Below, piece by piece: positions 48,587 through 62,320 of a stretch of 64,000 bases of DNA (position 1 is its first letter; each line of letters opens with the position of its first letter). A program made the translations under genes and the position numbers. The stretch is from Octopus sinensis. Lineage: Eukaryota. Location: NCBI RefSeq assembly GCF_006345805.1, contig NC_043001.1:84196001-84260000 (forward strand), read 5' to 3'. A model generated the notes under the pieces. The model saw only the letters and a list, made by a program, of their open reading frames with translations, did no database searches and had not been told where the DNA came from.

Positions 48587-50010
48587 CTAGTTGGACCCGT
48601 GAAAAAATTCACGGATAATTTGAATATCGTCCAATTAATAGTTATCATTTAATCAAAATTGTTTATTTCGCACTGTTTTGGTTAATAAATAATCTATTAT
48701 TCTTTATTTTATATTTATTAATAATATAAGTAAATATTAAGTTATTATGTGAAAGTGTATGTTAAATACATCCGTTACAGCACTTCTCTATATACAATAT
48801 TTCTAGTTCAGGTGATTCCCCTTCTGTGACCACGAGTGGATTCGTTTTGAGGTATTACTTTAACCCTCACACTCTTCATCGCCCTTGCTCTTGAAAAAGC
48901 TACGTAAAGCTGGCCATGAGTGAAGCATGGCTGTGGCAAAGGTGTGCCAACTCTATCGAATGCTTGTCCCTTTGCTTTATTGATTGTCATAGAATAGTAG
49001 AGACGAACCGGGGACTGAGTCCAATGCAGGACGAATGGAATGTTTGCATCACTTGGAGTAAGTTAGATTCTTGGAATCAGTACTCTCGTGTGAGAATGAG
49101 ATCCACTTATAATTAACGTTTCGATGCTATACTCGTGGAGTTGAAGTACTTCCAAACGAGTTCCGTTGCTTAGACCTTGTGTTATAGAGAAGTTTCTAAG
49201 AGGCATAATAATTGCCCCAAATTTTAAGTTAAGATGATGTGGAGGCATTCCAGAAGGTGTAAGAGAGAGTTTATAAAGTCCATGGGATAATTCTGGGCTT
49301 TTTCTTCGTTATCAGAAGTTACTGAGTCAGTGCTTAGATTTATCTTAGTTTCAGTCAGTGGACAATCTACTTAGAATTTCTTCATTTACTGCTAAGCTGT
49401 CCAAATGTTTAGGGGATAATATCACTCTATATTTCATTTCTTCTGCTGTAAAATAGTCGAATATATCAGATACCAAAGAATTGTTACATATGCATGCTTC
49501 AAGAATATAAAAGTATTTTCTGCGAGATTATCAAGAAAGCTTTGAAGAAATCCACTTCCAAGTTGTAGTAGCCACCTCGAAAAATCTGTTTCATTTATAT
49601 TTGTTCTCATGCTTTGTGTAAGTTGAATTTGATGAAAACACAGAAGAGCGTTTGAGGCAGGCATCAAGTACAGCTGCAGGAGGAGCTCTGGGAAACAGCT
49701 AGAAGAACTAGTCTAAAATCTCCTCCATGTGTGATAATTTCCCCACCAAATATACTATTATTATTCATAATATCTCTTAAACAATTATCTATAACTTTCA
49801 AAGCATAACTGGTATCATTGAAGCTTCGTTAATAATGAAAACTTTTACTCGCCTAAGACTGTTTCCTTAATCAGAATTTGGTGGAACCTTGCACACACTT
49901 GTTTCACTCAAAGGAACTGGAAGCTTGAATATACTGTGAAGAGTTTTACCACCTTTCAAGCGTGTTGCAGCAATACCAGTCCAAAAGCCAAGGGAAATAA
50001 TTCTAATTTA
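48587..50010 (-). mobile_element. Helitron 3' portion with a degraded PIF1-like helicase
   Basis: NEASM, FGG..GDF, MPPHHLNLK..GLSNGTRL, MTINKAKGQ..THGQLYVAFSR. 3' hairpin CCGTGAA-tttt-TTCACGG, 6 nt, then CTAG|T. The 5' boundary is approximate. Confidence 0.88.
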
Positions 50011-50419
50011 ATCCTGACTTATCTCCCTTAGTGTGACAAATACCGACGGTACACGTGTATTAATATATAGATATTAGGTCACCGAATATATGTTTTACAT
50101 GAGGTCTAGATTACACACACATTAAAATGAATTAAACAAATTGTCAAGATTGCAGCAGAAAAGATAATTCTTCTTTGGCAAAAGGTATCCATCTCTTGTG
50201 TTACGATTGAGTCAGTTAAAATGAAAATTTTTAACTTTCCTTTGCTGACGTAGAAGGGCGACTGTGATCTGGCCGATTCTTTCTAATAAAGCTCCGAAAG
50301 TTTTGTTAAGATACGGCTTGATCTATGCCGTCAATGATCATTTTTCAATTTGTTCGTTGATCCTGTAAAAAACCTTGTTCTCTCTGTGGTATTTTTTGTC
50401 TCAACTACAACTTCAGTTT

Positions 50420-50650
50420 TTGTATGTGTTTATGTTCGTGTGTCTTTGTTTGTTCCTCAACAACATCGCTTGACAACCGATGGTGGTGTGTTTACGTCCC
50501 TGTAACTTAGCGGTTCCGCAAAAGAGACCGATAGAATAAGTACTAGACTTACAAAGAATAAGTCCTGGGGTCGATTTGCTCGACTAAAGGCGGTGCTCCA
50601 GCATGGCCGCAGTCAAATGATTGAAACAAGTAAAAGAATAAAGAATAAAG
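50420..50650 (+). mobile_element. SINE family A, 3' half
   Basis: Body and tail match; followed by (CATA)n. Confidence 0.85.
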
Positions 50651-50825
50651 AGCTTACTTACATACACACATACATACATACATACATACATACATACATA
50701 CATACATACATACATACATACATACGTACGTACGTACATGCATGCATGCATACATACATACATACATACATACATACATACATACATACATACATACATA
50801 CATACATACTTACATACATACATAC

Positions 50826-50856
<31 letters not shown>

Positions 50857-52093
50857 CACATGTCGATTTTGAGAAATTAGGCTTCTCAACACCAGAAAGG
50901 AGAAAGCTGATTCAAAGATTACAGATCCAAGCCATCATTCGAACGGCAAAAGATTGTAAAACGTTCCACAAGTTTACTATTTAAGTATATCTGCGCATGT
51001 CTAGATATGCAAATATATGCATGAGAATACATACATAAAACAAAATATACAAATCTACAGATGCACTGACTTCAAATACTGCACTCATACATACATAAAT
51101 ACCCTGTTGATGTTGAAATTCCAATGAAGGAGTCTTGTTTCTAGGTTAGAAAGCGACTCTTTCTCTATTGGCAGTAAATCTTGAAATAAAATTGAATAAT
51201 GACATGCATACATACACACATGCATACATACATACATACATACATACATACATACATACATACATACATACATACATACATACATACATACACACATACA
51301 TACATACATACATACATACATACATACATACATACATACATACATACATACATACATACATACATACACAAGGCTCTTAGTTCTAACCACACCGAAGGCG
51401 ATATCTACAATTATAGATCTTTAAACACATTAACAAAATAAATATATCAGTCGTATTTATTTTGATTGCATCGCTAACATAGCTATTTTGAAGTGTTCAC
51501 GTAGGTCAACTAGAGTGCAAAATAGGTCTTTATTAAAAATTTCACGGGGCTATATTTAGGTTATAAGACTTTTAATTAAATCAACCTAAATATGTCATTG
51601 GAACTAAATAAGTTGAACGATGCAAACAGTTACCCACACATTAAATGATATTTTTCAGTATCCAGCTTCGCCCTTGTACATTCTGAATATAATTCTCGCT
51701 TTTCTAATTTAGTAATGAGAACGGAGGTCAAAATATAGTGTGTTATTTGTTCTAAATCTCTGTCTTACGTGTATAAAAGTAATCGTTATGTTATAGAAAA
51801 CGACGTTATCATAAATAATTCAATAAAAAAGAAGCAGTGAAATGGGGAAGAATCAGATGATTAATACCACTCTGTTACAGGTGATAAGTTTAATCAAATG
51901 GACTCACCAGCGTTAGATGTCATCAGTTGTGTATGAAAGAAATATAAACGGATGTAAATGTGTGAATGAGTCGCCAAATATGTAATCCGGTTGCAGGTAA
52001 AATGAATAAGCATTTTACTTGTTGTATATAATATAAAGTGTATTACTGGAACGTTACAAAAGTCGCTTTTGGATTACAACAGATACATGTGTA

Positions 52094-52374
52094 CGAGGTG
52101 CGTTCGAAAAGTATCTGATATTATTTTTCCAGCCAAAAGTAATGCTTTCGGCAAAACAATGCTCGATGCGGTCGGTGAAAACGACAATCCGAAGAGCACG
52201 CACTACACGTCTGTACTCTAGGCGTAGCAGCTGGAATTGGCCGGGGCTACCGGCGCGGAAATTTTCAAGCATGCGCAGGAAGGTTGGCGTCACCTCCCGC
52301 TGAAAGGATTTTACCCACGCAGCATTAGTTTTGGCGGGGATAAATGAAGTCGAATACTTTTTGAACGTACCTCG
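52094..52374. mobile_element. Mariner-derived MITE, 281 bp
   Basis: TA-CGAGGT(G/A)CGTTC(G/A)AAAAGTAT TIRs, TA on both sides. Confidence 0.85.
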
Positions 52375-53242
52375 TATCTACTGCAAAAAATGTGAAACTG
52401 CATAATCTGTGTGAGCAGCTTATTTATAAGGAAATTGCATGATTGAATGTGTGTAATAGAGACAGTCAGACTGGTTGGACAGTTAGTGGTAACTGCCCAT
52501 TGAATTCGTTATGTTGTGGTTGACGAAGATGGTGGTGTTGAAGGAGTGTTGAAGGAGTATTGAGGAAAGCCTAATACGCCGGGCTGTCATTGTGACGCTA
52601 GCGGATGCAGTAAGCCTCCCTTCTATGGATCGAGAGCAAAGCATGATTTCTCAGCTGAAGTTTCAATCCCAAAAATTGGTCCCCAGAAAATGGTTTCAAC
52701 TCTTGTTTCAGCATATATTAAGGAGTTAAGTTGATGGGCTATAAGACGGAAGTCGCAAAATTCCAAACAGAACTAAACAGAATGGATGAAACGTTGATAA
52801 CTAGAAAAATACAATAACAAATCGAGATCCACTAGAAATCAATCGAAAGTTTGGCAGACAGAATTTCCACGAGCTTTTACTACTTCTGATAAAGAACATC
52901 ATAATTAGAAATATATTTTTTAATGAGTATACGAAAAGGCATACATCAAAAGATAGATATGGTGCAAAAGCAGAATATAAATCTTAGGTTCCTCTCGAGA
53001 GAATCGAAAATATGAACTGCTTTATACGCGAATGTGCAATGAGCATGTGCATGTGTATGAGAGACACTAGTTATCGTATTGCGTATACAGTTGAGAAAAT
53101 ATTCAAGTGGTTCTAAATATGATTCAGTATAATCATTCATCATATTGACACAGCTGTCAATCAGTTTTCAATGACTGAATCTGAAAAGAAAGGTTGCTAA
53201 TTTTATTCAATGTAGGAGCAGTACTTCAGGTGATATTTAGTT

Positions 53243-53430
53243 GATGAAGAGCAGCGTGCTTGTAGAATCGTTAGCACCTCAGGTCAAATGCTAAGCGGCA
53301 TTTAGTCCATCCTTACGTTCCGGGTTCAAATTTCGCCGAGTTCGACATTGCCTTTCATTCTTTCGGGGTCGATATTATAAGGACCTGCTGAGAACTGGGG
53401 TCGATATAATCGACACTCTGGTCCCTTGAA
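53243..53430 (+). mobile_element. Diverged SINE family B copy
   Basis: GGTTCAAAT B-box and GCCTTTCATTCTTTCGGGGTCGAT. Confidence 0.75.
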
Positions 53431-54669
53431 CTTGGTGGAATTGTGTCAAAATTTGAAACCTATACTTGGGTGGTGTCTTGAAGGAAGCGTAGAGGCTAAG
53501 TGTATTTAGTGATGCGGTCGTGAGTGATTGCTGAGGTAAAGGAACTACGACAGTTTGCAATAGACTGTACTGGGTGCGCTGAGGTAACTGAACTTTTCCT
53601 GTGTTACTGTGCGGTCGTATATAATAGATGCAGAAGGATTTACAACTAAAAGAAGCCGAGCAGAAAGTGCATACTGGGTTCTTTATCAAAATGCAACCCA
53701 TCACCAATACTAGGCGATGGTAATATGTTTGGCCAAATTATGATGTTAAGCGAGCTCAGTAGCGAGGTCTGTGAAATTTCTGGCCAACATGGCACATAAC
53801 CAGTATCCCAAATTTGAAAATTGTCATAAATTTAGAGCTTCGTTTTGACGCATCTGGAACCTAAATTGCTAAAGACATGCGTGGAAGAATGCATATGCGA
53901 TGTTCCTGTATGCATATACGATGCAGTATTGTTGAAGCCATGGAGGAAAGCGCGGTAAAAATTGAGTGACCGAGGAAAGCATTCATGCAAAAAAAAAAAC
54001 AGTTAGAAATAATCAACGAAATGCATAACAATGTGAGGTTTGAGTATGTCATAAATGGTGAATACGCGAAATTCCTTAATCAATTATGTGTAATAAATTG
54101 CTTATTGGGGTGATGCTTTGGGCATATTTTAATCACATTGTCGGCAGTGTATCTATGTTTCAAATGTGTATGTGTCCTTAAAAATCAGGAAATTCGTAAA
54201 CATCAGTTCAATGAAGTTTGTGCTTTCTTTTATTATGTCATCTTTTATATTTGTTTTCAGCCTTTCAGCAGTAATGTAGTACACCTACTAACGCTTTTAA
54301 CGGTGAATGGAATCTCAACTCCTTTTGATCATTTTATATCAAGACTAACTAACCGAGAGTTAAATATCTAGGCCAACAGTGTTTAAACTCATCTAGCTTG
54401 CGGGCTTGATTGAAGTATAAACTAGATTTCATTGGCTCCATACATACAGTTACTCACAAATCCCTATTCATAGAATAGACCGATGTAAATAGATAAAGGG
54501 GTCAATATATACAATAACGAATTTATCAAGAATAAACAAGGAGAGAATAAGCAAAATATTGTGCAAAAATGCGTGAGAAAGTTCATCGACATGATTTAGG
54601 TGTATATAGTCGTAATCAGCAAAAGTCATTTGAATGAGAACGGAAGCAAAAACTATCGAAATGAATGTA

Positions 54670-55235
54670 TTGAGTTGTCCGGAAAGTTCGTGCCGATTTT
54701 TAAAGGAAAGAAAAAGGTCAATAAATACTTGCCATTACATTTTTAATCAACCAAATATGAACCATTTTGCTGCACAACGCGCCTCCATCTTTCCTTTAAC
54801 TAGAAAATATCCTCTTCTCAGAATTGAGGTGGTTTCATGGCAAAGAATTCATCAAGGTATCTTTTTACGTCATCCAAAGAATTGAAATTTTTACCATTGA
54901 GACTATTCTGCAGAGACCTGAATAAGTGAAAATACGAAGGAGCAATATCTGGTGAATATGGAGGATGGGGTAACATATCCCAGCCGAGCTGCAGCAATTT
55001 TTGTCTGGTTCTCAAAGCATCAAGTGCCGAAAATGAACTTTCTTATCTTCCATTTTAAAGGGTTACAGAATTAACACAGGTTATAGGAACATAAACCCTC
55101 TTCCACGAAAGGATAGCTTAAACTGTACTCTAAATGGAGGTGTAGTCAAATCCTATTTTATGGACTCAACCATATTCTAAAATAAGTCGAAATGTAAGCT
55201 ACTATAAATCGGCACGAACTTTCCGGACAACCCAA
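54670..55235 (-). mobile_element. Internally deleted mariner, 566 bp
   Basis: TIRs TTG(A/G)GTTGTCCGGAAAGTTCGTGCCGATTT match at 29/30, TA flanks. MEDKKVHFRHLML is joined directly to the C-terminal HPPYSPDIAPS region. Confidence 0.9.
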
Positions 55236-56281
55236 TATATAATTCTCGAGAAAACCGATGCTTGTCAGAAAGCTTGCATTGTTTTAGTTGCAAGACTTTT
55301 AAATATCACTCTTAGCTATAGAGTCCTTTCAAATAAAGACATGTGTAATTTTGAAGAAAAAGAAATATCTTTCGTCATGTCTACAAGCTTTTAGTTCATA
55401 GTTCATAAACTTTTTAAAGCATTGGCTGAGATAACAAAAGATTCTCCAAGGTGCGCTGATTTGACTAATAAGAACCGGTGTTAATCGCAGTAAAAACTGT
55501 AACAGATCTATCGATATATATTTCACAGAATGATTAAAATTAAAATAATAATAGCTTTTTAAAAATATTATCTAAAGTCAGAGTAAGTATTTCCACGGCC
55601 TGGATCCACCTCACGGGCACAATTTTTGACAGCCCCTGATCTGGGCCATTATACAGCACAATGTTAATGTCAGGATTCCATCTTTATTAATTCGGATAAT
55701 TTTAATTCTCTAAATGTAAATATACTTCAATCCAATACCACTGGGTTAAGTCGGAATAAATCTACATTTACTATACACCACATTTGGATGATCGAGGCAC
55801 GTAGTATACTATTAATCAGTCGAATGTGTTTCCCGGTTTTGATTCCAAGTAGCAGGTGTTTCGCTTCACTAAATTTACTTATCCTGAGATAGCTTGAATG
55901 TTAAACCGTAGATGTAGCACAAATACTTCATAAAAATGTATGTTTAAGGCATAATACGTTGAAAAATTTGGTAGCAGTGGTAGCGTGAGGTTAGAGAAGT
56001 TAGAACATGTAGAATATCAGCTGTCTCGCAGTCGGTACTTCAGGTATCGGACTTTCAATCCTATCATGGAATGGGATGTATTTTTAAGTCACTAAATTTA
56101 AGTGACTTTGAAAGCATGGCTATTAGACGGTAAATATAACACATTTGGGCTTAATACAGATATGTGTGTGACGCAGAATACTGAGAAAAATTTGGTAGAG
56201 ATGGTAGAGGACTGTAGATTATGCGACTGTCTCACATTTCAGATATCGGCATTTCGATCATATAACAGAATATGATACATT

Positions 56282-56492
56282 GGCTTCGAATTTTGGCACA
56301 AGGCTAGCAATTTCAAGGAAGGGGATAAATCGATTACATCAACCCCAGTGTTCAACGGGTACTTTATATTATTGACACCGGACGGAATAAAAGCAAAGCT
56401 GACCTCAGCGGCATTTGAACTTAGAATGTAAAGACGGACGAAGTGCCGATATACATTTTGCCCGGCGTCATAACGATTCTGTCAGCTCGCTG
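56282..56492 (-). mobile_element. Diverged SINE family B copy
   Basis: Matches family B on the minus strand. Confidence 0.75.
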
Positions 56493-57031
56493 CCTTTAGA
56501 ATTGGATACATTGTGAATTAATTTAATTGATTATACATCCTCCAGCCCCCTTAATTCATAGTTCACATCCAACTGAGACCAACAGTATTTATAATGACCA
56601 TAATATCAATAATTTACATAAGCAAATCTAATGAGCAAATTATAAATACCTTATCATACACAACAAGAACCTTGTACAGTTGTGAAAAATAACCTTCTAG
56701 ATTATAACACAAAATGTATGTTCGCTCTTTCAGGCAGTGTAATGAACTATGCTTCAACTTGACCAATTCCGAACAACCTAAGAGTAATGAAACCACGTAA
56801 GTAAACGTAGATATACTACCATATTTTGCTTTTTACTTTTAATGTAACTGAATAAATGCATGCAAATATTTACTCTACATAGTTTAGTGTTAGTTTCGTA
56901 TTAAAAGCGTTTATTTATAATGCAATATCACGTAATGTAAATCTCTCATAACCTCCAACGAGTTTTTTGAAAAGCCATGTTATTCTACTTTTTTGTTCAG
57001 AGGAAACAGATTATATATATATATATATATA

Positions 57032-57071
<40 letters not shown>

Positions 57072-57132
57072 TGTGTGTGTGTATACATATGTATGTATAT
57101 ATATGTGTGTGTGTGTGTATACATATGTATGT

Positions 57133-57261
<129 letters not shown>

Positions 57262-57411
57262 TTCACATCAATAACAAAGTCACGTTGATCCGTGAAAGAG
57301 AGGTGCGGCCAGTGGTAAGTATCCAAGGGGTAAAGAAAATCCAATGTAGAGGTAAGAGTAATAGTGGTGTTGGTAGGATATAGGATGAAAGTGAGACCAC
57401 GTGAGCGCGTA

Positions 57412-57565
57412 ATATATAACGGGAAGCTTTATGAAAATAAACAAAAGACGAAGGCAGGTGGAATGTTTTATTTATATTCCTGAGCGCCATACTAATACAA
57501 TTGTTTGTTTGTATTCCACCTGCCTTTGTCTTTTGTTTATTTTCATAAAGCTTCCCGTTATATAT
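57412..57565. repeat. Hairpin (53-bp arms, 48-nt loop) built from a putative PLE pLTR tail
   Basis: One mismatch between the arms; same sequence as 58885-58980. Confidence 0.9.
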
Positions 57566-57629
57566 ATATATGTATATGTATATATATGTTATATATATAT
57601 ATATGTATATATATATATTATATATATAG

Positions 57630-57678
<49 letters not shown>

Positions 57679-57740
57679 TACATATTTACTATATATATAC
57701 ATACAAATACAGATATCTATGTATATACAAACACACACAG

Positions 57741-57778
<38 letters not shown>

Positions 57779-58843
57779 TGTTAACGTTTGCAGAGAATAG
57801 ACCTAGCTATTTCTGGACGTGTTAAATTCACTATATCTGTTATGGTGTGACATGGACTATGATATGCTTATGAGGCCAAATGAGGCCGATATTTACTTTT
57901 ACGGTTCCACAATCTCATTATGTTCAAAAGCTGTGTGAGATGGAGGGATCTTTTTGATAGATAGGCTCTGGCTCATACTCACAACAGTAAAGAGACACTT
58001 CCATTGGATGAAGATGTTCACGAGGTCAAATATAAAATAGGATTTGATTAGTCGCTGAGATAACTAGGCATCAGGGGTACGTGAAGATACGAATGATACG
58101 TAATTGTGTTAAAATTATCGTTCTCAATGGCATTTCTGATTTTCCATTCGTGAACTCTCAGATGATTGCTCAGTCTCACTTCTGATCTGCCTAGTTTGAG
58201 ACTAGATGGAATGACAAATCAGTTTGTCATCAAGAGATATCTGCACCTCACTGGATTATAGTGATAAACGCTTGTACACCATGAATATCATTCTCGGGGT
58301 CACCAAAGCGAGATGAGCAAAATCACATGAAACGGCCGGTATTAGACGAGAATGTGTCACGCGAGTGTATATATAAGTATTTCGCATTATATCCACGTAA
58401 TATGGCACATGATAATGTGGATAACATTTGAGTTAAAAGTCAAGCCTCTGTTAATAGTATCAACACCAGGTTATCAGAATAGCTGAAAATAGAGAAATAC
58501 ATTACTGCTTGTATGTTAGCGACAGTAAGTTTATGTATCTATATGTATTTGTATGTAACTATATGGGTCGAAACGATCGTCGTATAAAATAAAGACTAAT
58601 ACCAAATCCATATTCTGGTTACTTAATCAATTATTATCATCTCACCTAACACTGCGGAATTCCTGAAGTATACGCAAACTGCGGATGACACCAGGTAGTC
58701 CTAACCGTGCCACTTCAACACACTAATCGACACATACTCATTAGTACAAAATATTACATATATGTATATATATATATATATGCCATATTGGATCGTTAGC
58801 CCCTACACGCAATTTTTTTCTCTCCTTGTTTCTTTTCTTTGTA

Positions 58844-58881
58844 TCTTTCTGTCGAAGAGCGTAGGCTCGAAACGTAAAAGA
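58844..58881 (+). ncRNA. Minimal hammerhead-like motif (CUGUCGA core) in a putative PLE pLTR remnant (about 58770-58980)
   Basis: TCTTT-CTGTCGA-A-GAGC-GTAG-GCTC-GAAA-CG-TA-AAAGA. Confidence 0.6.
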
Positions 58882-58917
58882 CTTGTTTTATTTCTATTCC
58901 TGAGCGCCATACTAATA

Positions 58918-58980
58918 CATTGTTTGTTTGTACTCCACCTGCCTTCGTCTTTTGTTTATTTTCGTAAACCTTCCCGTTAT

Positions 58981-59012
<32 letters not shown>

Positions 59013-59153
59013 AAAGGAAATGAAGAAAATGCTGACAAAATAATTTAAGTAATTTAAGTAATTTAATTAGGTGAAAGTTCTTTTTACCGGTTGCGCATTT
59101 GTTATGCTTATCAAAAGATTAGAGTTCCTTCTGATAGATTTTTCCTCTTTTTT

Positions 59154-59189
<36 letters not shown>

Positions 59190-59339
59190 AAAAAAGAGGA
59201 AAAAATCTATCAGAAAAGAACTCTAATCTTTTGATAAGCATAACAAATGCGCAACCGGTAAAAAGAACTTTCACCTAATTAAATTACTTAAATTACTTAA
59301 ATTATTTTGTCAGCATTTTCTTCATTTCCTTTTATATAT

Positions 59340-59371
<32 letters not shown>

Positions 59372-59431
59372 ACGGGAAGGTTTACGAAAATAAACAAAAG
59401 ACGAAGGCAGGTGGAGTACAAACAAACAATG
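58918..59431. repeat. 514-bp near-perfect palindrome centred on (TA)n
   Basis: The arms differ only by small indels (e.g. GTTCCTTCTG vs GTTCTTTTCTG); centre at about 59174. Confidence 0.92.
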
Positions 59432-59499
59432 CATATACATATATATATATATATATAATTATATATATATATACTGCGCTTCCATATATATATATATAC

Positions 59500-59531
<32 letters not shown>

Positions 59532-59578
59532 CATACATATATATATATATATACATATATATATAATATATATATATA

Positions 59579-59700
<122 letters not shown>

Positions 59701-60003
59701 GGAGGCGCAATGGCCCAGTGGTTAGGGCAGCGGACTCGCAGTCGGAGGATCGCGGTTTCGATTCCCAGACCGGGAGTTGTATGTGTTTATTGAGCGAAAA
59801 TACCTAAAGCTCCACGAGGCTCCGGCAGAGGATGCTGGCGACCCCTGTTGTACTCTTTCACCCCAGCTTTCTCTGACTTTTTCTTCCCGTTTCTTGAGTA
59901 ACGCTGCGATGGACTGGCGTTTTGTCCAGCTGGCGGGAGCACATACGCCATAGAAACCGGGAAACCGGCCCCATGAGTTTGGCTAGGCTTGAAAAGGGCG
60001 CAT
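59701..60003 (+). mobile_element. SINE family C, full-length copy in (TA)n
   Basis: A-box TGGCCCAGTGG, B-box GTTTCGATTCC, tail GAAACCGGGAAACCGG...AAAAGGGCGCAT. Confidence 0.88.
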
Positions 60004-60801
60004 AATATATATATATATTATATATATATATATATGTATATATGAGATTGACTATGTAATTGGGTGTGCATGTGAGAACTAAAATCATGTGAGGTCTTGG
60101 TAATTTATTTGCGAATGAATGTATGTTTTATACGTTGTTACAGCGTATTCAAACATTAATTGTATCTTTAAATAGCATTTTCTCTTTCATTATCTCTCTC
60201 TGTATTTGATCGGTGGTTTTTTTCAGAACAAAGATAAAATGGAAAAATTTGCAATTTTAGTGATTTTAGCGCCAAAGTCTTCCACAGTGTCATGTGACCT
60301 AATACAAGATCATGACTCTCAATTGTTATTCATAGTATCACATGACACATTCAGTGGATTTGCATTGCCTTATCTTTTGGCGAAATTACATTCATAGAGT
60401 TACGTCGTCCTAATATTGAGGACAGAGAACTAAGCGAATTCTATGTCTAACCTCGGGATCATCTTCAACCAATCAAACAGTATCTTAGATGACTGCAAGT
60501 AGAGCCATAGTCTAGTCATAAAAAGAAAAGAATTTTGACATTTTCCTTAGAGTTGTGGCAAATAGCATATAGTTGCAAATCTTTCCATCTTACACTGCTT
60601 CTAAAAATCAAGAAATTGTGAAACCACTTAAGTAAATAAATATAAATATTCTTAAAGACACTAAGCGCATTTTCAACTGATTTTCTTTATACTTGCACAC
60701 GTGCGGAAAAAATTATATGCATGCACGTGCGCGTGTGTTGTGTGTGTGTATATGTATGTAATTAGTGTAATGGGTGGCATGATATATTTTTTTGTTTTCA
60801 G

Positions 60802-60884
60802 ACAACCGGCCAACGACGAAATTTATCAAAGATGTCATATAATTTGTGAGAAGTTTCGTTCGAATAACACAGCATGCAGATTGG
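60802..60884 (+). other. Candidate orphan exon (83 nt)
   Basis: tttttttgttttcag| and TTGG|gtaaga; one open frame, QPANDEIYQRCHIICEKFRSNNTACRL. Confidence 0.4.
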
Positions 60885-61066
60885 GTAAGACTAGAAATCT
60901 TTAACTTTTTGCACTCGACACTTATACACCAATGTACTATTTTTAGACGAGCCTAATATTACAAAGCTTCTCTTTCTTCTCACCAGCCTCCTACACTTTA
61001 AACTTATACTTAGAAGAATATTTATGAAACAGTCACTTGGATTTAAAGAGTGGGTTTGTTATGAAT

Positions 61067-61322
61067 GTGTAGGCGCATGGCTTAGTGGTTAGGGTGTCAG
61101 CACCATGATCGTAAGATTGTGGTTTCGATTCCTGGACCGGGCGACGCGTTGTGTTTTTGAGCAAAACACTTCATTTCACGTTGCTCCAGTCCACTCAGCT
61201 GGCAAAGATGAGTAACGCTGCAATGAACTGGCGTCCCGTCCAGCTGGGGAACACATACGCCATAGAAATCGGGAAACCGAGCCCATGAGCCTGGCTAGGC
61301 TTTAAAAGGGCGTATTTATTTA
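61067..61322 (+). mobile_element. tRNA-derived SINE sharing the family C tail but with a different body; 12-bp TSD
   Basis: TSD TTTGTTATGAAT at 61055-61066 and 61323-61334. Confidence 0.88.
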
Positions 61323-62013
61323 TTTGTTATGAATATTTACCGCTGCATACAAACCGAAAAGTTGGCGCTCTAAGAACTGTGTGTTGTGTAGCAACACACC
61401 ATGATTAAGTGTGTTAACTTTCAAACAGCCAATACTCTTGATTGATCTAAATAAAAAAGAAAATCTGAACAACGTTAAACCGAGGAGAGCACAGTAAAAC
61501 TGGCGAATGTTGATTGATTATTAGCTCGGTGTGATGTGTCAACATTATTGCTGTTGACATATTTCAAGGAAGGACAGCCTGAACAAGATCGGTACGTCAT
61601 CTAAAACCGAAATATTTAGCAGCATTTTTACGTCAAAATATGTTACGGATATACTATGTTTTCTCCAAAATATATCTAGAACGTAGAATAGAGCTAAGTT
61701 CAAAGTCCATCGTTTAACACATTCCAAAAATGGTTACATTGTATTTACTATTATTGCTCGACGCAGAGTAGGCTTTGATGGCCACTGATATCGTACCGAA
61801 CACCAAGTCATATCGCATGCTATATTTTGGAAACTTCCGTACCCGAATAGAAGATCCTTCAGTTGTTTTGTTGTCATTGGTAAAGACACACTAGAAATCT
61901 GTTCTCCATAAGTTTTAGTAACTACTGTTTATTTAACATCAAGATATTAACAGCGAAAACAAGCATGAACTAACACGATCCCAATGTACTGTTCAGTTTA
62001 TGTTAGTCTAGAG

Positions 62014-62271
62014 CAGTAGTTGTCAATCAGGGTCCATTTGGCCACTTGGAAGTCCATATAAGATTTCGGAGTTAAAATTTATCTGCAATAAATTACTTAT
62101 ACGTCTACAATGCATAAAATATTTTTGGCAATTTTTTAAGGCACTTCCTGATAATATTTAATTACAAAAATATTATATGATTTTTTAAAACATCAAATAG
62201 CTAGGAGAGTCCATCCGAGTAAAATAGAAATCAAAGAGTTCATAGGTAAAAAAAATGGTTAAATAACACTG
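62014..62271. mobile_element. Old hAT-type MITE
   Basis: CAGT...ACTG termini; 8-bp flanks GTCTAGAG / GTTAAGAG (6/8, Charlie-like target). Confidence 0.6.
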
Positions 62272-62320
62272 GTTAAGAGGAACATTGCACGGGCTAGTTT
62301 CACGGCACATGGCTCAATGT

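Noticed and set aside
59701-59775. tRNA gene (also 12940-13014 and 63695-63768)
   Set aside because: A- and B-boxes are present, but the sequence continues into a SINE body, some copies have TSDs, and no convincing acceptor stem was seen.
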